A program made the translations under genes and the position numbers. A model generated the notes under the pieces. The model was not told where the DNA came from. It searched no databases and saw only the letters and a program-made list of their open reading frames with translations. DNA of 64,000 bases from an uncultured virus (IMG/VR IMGVR_UViG_3300024308_000304) (Duplodnaviria > Heunggongvirae > Uroviricota > Caudoviricetes): IMG/VR virus record IMGVR_UViG_3300024308_000304, one strand, 5' to 3'. Of this stretch, positions 58,944 through 64,000 are shown piece by piece. Within the stretch, counting starts at the first letter, position 1. Every line of letters begins with the position of its first letter.

Positions 58944-59618
58944 ATGTTAAAATGTATATTTAAAGTAGTAGCCGTAGTTGCTATGGCTAGTGTACTTTGT
59001 GCCTGCAATGGGGTAGTAAAAATGGATTCATCAGAAGACGCTATAGGATACAAACCAATATATTCGACATTTCCTCTGCCATATGTTTTTATTGCTTCTT
59101 CTATTCAATGGAATGAAGATTATGCAGTATCTGCTGCTCATACCCCATTTTTAAAAGATGTTGTTTATCGTTGCAGCACTGGATGCGATTTAGTTTTCAT
59201 AAAAAGAAAAGCCTCTGGAAGAATACCAGAATGGCGGTATTCCACACTTAATGAAAAAATTAAATCATATGGAACAACACCTATGTATATGACAGTCTCA
59301 TCAGAGGGAAATTTATTAAAAACAAGATTTATTCAAAATGTCAGTAATGGCAAAAAATCAGGAAGAGAATTTTATAAACTTGCTAATATGGCATTGATTA
59401 AAGGAATGTCGGGTGGTCCAGTTTATGGCCTTGATGGAAAAGTAATTGGTATATCATTAGGTTTTGTTAATAAATCCATGATGACTGCAAGTGAATTAGA
59501 TCAAGCTCCAGATATTAAAAATACTGAACATCCATCTTATATTCTACAAACAGAGATTGTTGAACGAGAATGGAAAAGATTTCAATATCAAGAAAATCAA
59601 AAAATAAAAAAGAGCTGA
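58944..59618 (+). CDS. Trypsin-like serine protease, probable lipoprotein
   Basis: LCAC lipobox-like, SAAH, DLVFI, GMSGGPV. Confidence 0.8.
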   Translation: MLKCIFKVVAVVAMASVLCACNGVVKMDSSEDAIGYKPIYSTFPLPYVFIASSIQWNEDYAVSAAHTPFLKDVVYRCSTGCDLVFIKRKASGRIPEWRYSTLNEKIKSYGTTPMYMTVSSEGNLLKTRFIQNVSNGKKSGREFYKLANMALIKGMSGGPVYGLDGKVIGISLGFVNKSMMTASELDQAPDIKNTEHPSYILQTEIVEREWKRFQYQENQKIKKS

Positions 59619-59783
59619 TGCTCTTTTTTTATTAAATTGTATAGTGTTTATGAAAAGAAAAATAGTGTAGTAGACATATGTACAAGTATTAAACAAAAAT
59701 GTAATATAATATGAAAAGATGTTCACATTAAAGTAAAAATGTGTTATTGTATAATAAATAAAGAATAAAAAGGAAATTGAATT

Positions 59784-60755
59784 ATGTGGGAAATTATGGC
59801 TCTTATAGCAGCTTCTATCTGTGTAGTTGGTATCTCTGGATTGTTCGCATTAGTTGAGTCATCAATTATCATCATGGATGATATCAAGATGCATATTTTC
59901 ATGAATAGACCAGATGTTTCTGATAAAGTAAAGAAACGTATTACAAAAATCATGAATAAAAAAGACTGGCATATTACTGCAATGGTTGTTGCAATTACAT
60001 TCAGTAGTATTTCTGGTAGCTCAATATTAGCTGCATTATCTACAAAGTATATTCCACCAGAATATCTATTATGGTTTACTTTTGGTTTGACTTATTGCAT
60101 GTTGGTATTTGCAAGAACATTGCCAAAAATTGTAGCTAACTATAGATATGAAAGAATCCTTATCAAATTTGCGTGGGTTGCAAGATGGTCTTACTTCTTG
60201 AACTATCCATTTGTTCTTCTTACTTATATGTGGGTGAAGTTGTTCAAATTGGAATCAAAAAGACAAATGAGCTTGAACGAGCTTAAGATGATTATCAAAC
60301 ATTATAGAAAGAATGGCATTATTGATAAAGCTGAACAAAAAATGCTTGAAAAGATTTTCGTAATCAAGCAAGAGAAAGTTCATGAAGTAGTTGAAAAAAT
60401 AGATCCAGTCATTATGAACTATGACAGCTTTATTGAAGATTATAGAATAGCTTTTGAGAATACCAATAACAAAAGGTTCTTTGTGAAGAAAGATAATGAA
60501 ATGGTTGGTATTGTATTCTATAGAGATGTTGCCGCTGAATTTGTTAAAGGGACTACAGTTGAGATTCCAGTATCAGAATTCTGTCGCCCAGCTATTATAT
60601 TAGAAGCCGATGATAACTTGATGGATGTCATTGTTGAACTGAAAGAACATAATACTGTGTTAGGTATTGTTGTTGATAATGAAACAGGTTCACCAATAGG
60701 AACAATTACGCTAAAACAAATATACAGTTATATTTTAAGTAATGAAGAAAACTAA
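59784..60755 (+). CDS. CNNM/DUF21-CBS membrane protein (CorC/HlyC-like)
   Basis: SGLFALVESS, TLPK, C-terminal CBS pair. Confidence 0.85.
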   Translation: MWEIMALIAASICVVGISGLFALVESSIIIMDDIKMHIFMNRPDVSDKVKKRITKIMNKKDWHITAMVVAITFSSISGSSILAALSTKYIPPEYLLWFTFGLTYCMLVFARTLPKIVANYRYERILIKFAWVARWSYFLNYPFVLLTYMWVKLFKLESKRQMSLNELKMIIKHYRKNGIIDKAEQKMLEKIFVIKQEKVHEVVEKIDPVIMNYDSFIEDYRIAFENTNNKRFFVKKDNEMVGIVFYRDVAAEFVKGTTVEIPVSEFCRPAIILEADDNLMDVIVELKEHNTVLGIVVDNETGSPIGTITLKQIYSYILSNEEN

Positions 60756-60775
60756 ACCAGCTAATGCTGGTTTTT

Positions 60776-61495
60776 TTATATTTCAATCATGTTAAAGATT
60801 TCAATGAAATTTTGATAATTGTCTGATTGTGCATAAGGAGAATTAGCAATTGATTTTAAATCGACACAAGATATAAAGGCTTCTCCCAAGTCTAAGGAAA
60901 ATTTAAGTTTTGATTTCTTAGTTAAGATAAAAGGAATACTATAATCTGCTTGTAGAGATATTATTTGAGAATTTAACTTTTGTTTTTGATTTTCAATCTC
61001 AAAATAATATACAGATTGTTGACTCATATACAATTCATTCTTATATTCATAATCAATTTTGTTAATACAGATAATATAATCATTTGTTTTGTTATTTTTG
61101 TAAAGAATATACATTTGCAAATCTTCTGAAATATATAATGCTCTACTCACATACTGTCTTATCTGTTCACGATGACCATAACCTTTACCCGTTAACTGTC
61201 CTTTTTTAAATTTATAAGCTGCTATTGGAATTGCAGATGCACCAAAAAATTCATGTTCAAGCATATATTCCTTTTTTTCATCATACAATAATAAATGCAA
61301 TGAATCTTTTTTAAGATTCTTATATTTCATAAAGTAGTGAGTATTATTTCCATCTCTAATTGCAAACATACTTGAAGTCTCACTATCCCTGAATTGATAG
61401 TTATCAGGACTCTTAATGCCTATTGCATACGTACTTATACGTAATTTATCATTAGCATTAAATGATGATGATTTTAATATATTTTCAATATTCAT
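60776..61495 (-). CDS. Hypothetical protein (C-terminal motif family)
   Basis: Ends IEIFNMIEI. Confidence 0.7.
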   Translation of the reverse strand: MNIENILKSSSFNANDKLRISTYAIGIKSPDNYQFRDSETSSMFAIRDGNNTHYFMKYKNLKKDSLHLLLYDEKKEYMLEHEFFGASAIPIAAYKFKKGQLTGKGYGHREQIRQYVSRALYISEDLQMYILYKNNKTNDYIICINKIDYEYKNELYMSQQSVYYFEIENQKQKLNSQIISLQADYSIPFILTKKSKLKFSLDLGEAFISCVDLKSIANSPYAQSDNYQNFIEIFNMIEI

Positions 61496-61590
61496 ATTGA
61501 CTCCAATTTTAATTTATAAAATGTAGCATTATTTTATTTGATTTTCAATATAATTTAACATATAATATAGAAAAATTTTAGGAGATGATA

Positions 61591-62136
61591 ATGGGTACAA
61601 GACATCTTGTTTGTGTGAAGTTAGATAACGAATACAAAGTCGCTCAATTTGGGAGTATGGGGGGCTATCCTGACGGAGCAGGTGTCAGATGTATAAAGGC
61701 TATAAAAGATATCATTAAAAATCTTGAAGATTTTAAACAAAGAGTAAAAATGGTTGAATTAGTAGAATTTGAAGAAGACAATCAAATAGACGATGTAACG
61801 ATGGTATTACCAGCAGCAAAAATTCTTGAATTAATTAATACTACAGATGAGAAATTTAAATTATACAACAATATTGATTATACTGGAAGTTCGTCTTGTG
61901 ATTGGGTTTATGTGTTAGATTTAGATGCAAACAAATTTCATGTTTACGAAGGTCATAACAGAGATAAATCAAAAGAAGCACCAGAGTTTGCAAAATATGT
62001 AGATAAACGTTCAAAAAATCGTGCTGTTAAAAAAATTGAATCATATGATATATTCAATTTACCAGAAGAAAAAGATTTTATTTATTTTTATAGAGAGAAA
62101 GAAATTAAGGAGGCAAAAGATAGAGGCGAATTTTAA
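61591..62136 (+). CDS. Hypothetical protein of the MGTR...GYP type
   Basis: MGTRHLV...GGYPDGAG, DWVYVLDLD. Confidence 0.7.
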   Translation: MGTRHLVCVKLDNEYKVAQFGSMGGYPDGAGVRCIKAIKDIIKNLEDFKQRVKMVELVEFEEDNQIDDVTMVLPAAKILELINTTDEKFKLYNNIDYTGSSSCDWVYVLDLDANKFHVYEGHNRDKSKEAPEFAKYVDKRSKNRAVKKIESYDIFNLPEEKDFIYFYREKEIKEAKDRGEF

Positions 62137-62171
62137 TAAACATAAAAAATTAAAGAGCCGTGAGGCTCTTT

Positions 62172-63332
62172 TTATTGTGATTTTAATTCTTTTAATTCAA
62201 TATCTCTTTGAGATTCCATAATATAAACAAGGTTTTCTTCAAATGGAATACCAATATAGTTATTATTTTGATTTTTAATTATTTGATAAGGACAACTACT
62301 TTCAACATTATAATAACTGTTAAAAGATGTTTCTCTATCAAGCAGCTTTGAAAGAATATCTTCAATAATAGGATCATCTTCTGGAATGTCTAAAAATATT
62401 TTTGAAAGTCTATTTCCCTCTAAATAGACAACTAAATCAGGATCTTTAACAGAATTTTCTTCTTGTTTTGTTAAAAACTCAACTTTATCAGGCAGGATAA
62501 ATGCAATTTGAGTAGCTAAAGAATTAACATAAAGATCTAACGGAGCCATTCTAATTATTGAATTAAGAATAGACTTCATTTCTATGTTTTTTTCTTCTGG
62601 CAAAAACTCGATGTCAGGTTTATTGCTATACCCCATTCTATATTTAGAAGTTGCACAATAAAAAGAATCAAATTTGTTAACAAGAGATGATATAGCTGGC
62701 ATATAGAAATCTTCATCATTCATATTCTTAATTATATTTTTATAAACCATATAAAAATCACGCCAAAAAATAGGGATTAATAAAATTTCTTTGATAAGAT
62801 CATTAATCGTAATATTTTTAAATTTAACATCTATATAGGTTTCTTCATGATTTTCTGAGGTGGGCATCATTTTTATACGAAGTATTTGATATGTATCAAT
62901 ATTTTTTAATTCTACTGTTTCTGGTAATACATGAATGTTTTCTTTAAAATATATATTTCCATTATTAATTTCAGTAATTAAAGATGGTTGGTTCTTTTTC
63001 CAATAATTATTCAATGTATCATCTGCTTTTGATGGTAATGGGTGATGATGACTAAAAGACTTGCTTGATAACAAAAAAGCAGTCGTAGAAATAGTCGGAC
63101 GATTTAGATGGCTATTGAAATAATTTTGAAAATTAGTAATCCATTCTCTCAAATGAACGGTATAAGGAGCATCGGTCAATAAATTAGCCTTGAATAAATC
63201 AATAAATGTCTGCCACTGATTAATTGATTCAGTAATGCTTTCTTTTATATCAGGTATAAAACCATCCCATCGAGTGTACAATTCTATATAATCATCATAT
63301 TCTTGTATTCTGGTGGTTGCTCGTGTTCCCAT
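62172..63332 (-). CDS. Hypothetical protein with MGTR...WDG N-terminus, paralog family B
   Basis: MGTRAT...LYTRWDGF; C-half matches the next gene. Confidence 0.7.
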   Translation of the reverse strand: MGTRATTRIQEYDDYIELYTRWDGFIPDIKESITESINQWQTFIDLFKANLLTDAPYTVHLREWITNFQNYFNSHLNRPTISTTAFLLSSKSFSHHHPLPSKADDTLNNYWKKNQPSLITEINNGNIYFKENIHVLPETVELKNIDTYQILRIKMMPTSENHEETYIDVKFKNITINDLIKEILLIPIFWRDFYMVYKNIIKNMNDEDFYMPAISSLVNKFDSFYCATSKYRMGYSNKPDIEFLPEEKNIEMKSILNSIIRMAPLDLYVNSLATQIAFILPDKVEFLTKQEENSVKDPDLVVYLEGNRLSKIFLDIPEDDPIIEDILSKLLDRETSFNSYYNVESSCPYQIIKNQNNNYIGIPFEENLVYIMESQRDIELKELKSQ

Positions 63333-63333
63333 T

Positions 63334-64000
63334 TTATTTTAACTCCAATTCTCTTTGTGATTCAAAAACTTTTACAATAGACTCTTCATAAGGTATCATT
63401 ACGTAGCCATTATCATAGTTCAAGCTAAAATCAGTGGATGCTGAACACTTATTATATTGAGTGTATTCAAGTTCTCTTTTAAACCATTCTTCTTCAATTT
63501 CTTTTTGCAATTCTGATGACATGTATGTCCCAATTGTTGTTAATCTTTTATCAACCAAGTCAATCATGAAACTTGGGGTGTATTCAGCATTCATTTCGGC
63601 TGTTGTAAGAGGTTCAACTTTACCCGGAAACCGCAACATCAAATGAGTTAAAAATGCTGATGAATACATATCAAAAGGAATTAGAGCAATCAACTCTTCA
63701 ATCAAATCATCTTTATACTCATTCAACCTTTCTGGCGTCAATTCTTGTTCTTGGTATCGACCATAAGCACTATAATCTTTAGATGGTATGTAAAACATAT
63801 TCAATTTACGAGCGAGTTTGTAAATACAATCAGAAATAAAATTATTTTCTTTTTTAGATGGACGATGGTTGATAATTTTTATGAAAGAATACAAATCCCG
63901 CCAGAACAAAGGCATTAAAAAAATCTCTTTCAAAAATAGATCCTTATCAATTCCCTTTAATTTAAAATCAAGTATCCCACTATTTGTTGTATGAATACTG
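63334..64000 (-). CDS. Paralog of 62172..63332, 5' end truncated by the window edge
   Basis: Frame stays open to 64000; shared KEIxLxPxFWRD and ESQR blocks. Confidence 0.75.
   Translation of the reverse strand, partial: SIHTTNSGILDFKLKGIDKDLFLKEIFLMPLFWRDLYSFIKIINHRPSKKENNFISDCIYKLARKLNMFYIPSKDYSAYGRYQEQELTPERLNEYKDDLIEELIALIPFDMYSSAFLTHLMLRFPGKVEPLTTAEMNAEYTPSFMIDLVDKRLTTIGTYMSSELQKEIEEEWFKRELEYTQYNKCSASTDFSLNYDNGYVMIPYEESIVKVFESQRELELK

Overview
Very AT-rich, gene-dense 64 kb segment with sigma70-type promoters and intrinsic terminators between short transcription units. It carries host-like auxiliary genes (coaD-coaE fusion, clpA, trxB, msrA, gap, mutM, ogt, nadR-like, dCMP deaminase), many orphan and paralogous ORFs, and a tRNA cluster. 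This best fits an accessory region of a jumbo phage or other giant extrachromosomal element of a Gammaproteobacterium, possibly Pseudomonas-like. No virion or replication genes are in the window, so that identity is inferred. Main observations: (1) a Leu-codon-rich leader peptide with a complete terminator/antiterminator switch sits upstream of an array of ten tRNA genes that are all tRNA-Leu, three with the unusual AAG anticodon; (2) the array also holds tRNA mimics: a strand-swapped double tRNA, a circularly permuted Y-RNA-like unit and an aberrant-anticodon tRNA; (3) an unannotated ~270-nt sRNA has 13 GGA motifs plus A-rich Hfq/Crc-type motifs, with a perfect GacA box upstream; (4) an NRPS-like A-T-R / asparagine synthetase / dehydrogenase cluster; (5) an RlmN-like enzyme lacking the resolving Cys, an ArfA-like microprotein, three type IVb pilin-like paralogs, and a shared C-terminal motif on about 11 orphan proteins. 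All calls come from reading motifs by eye; no database searches were run.
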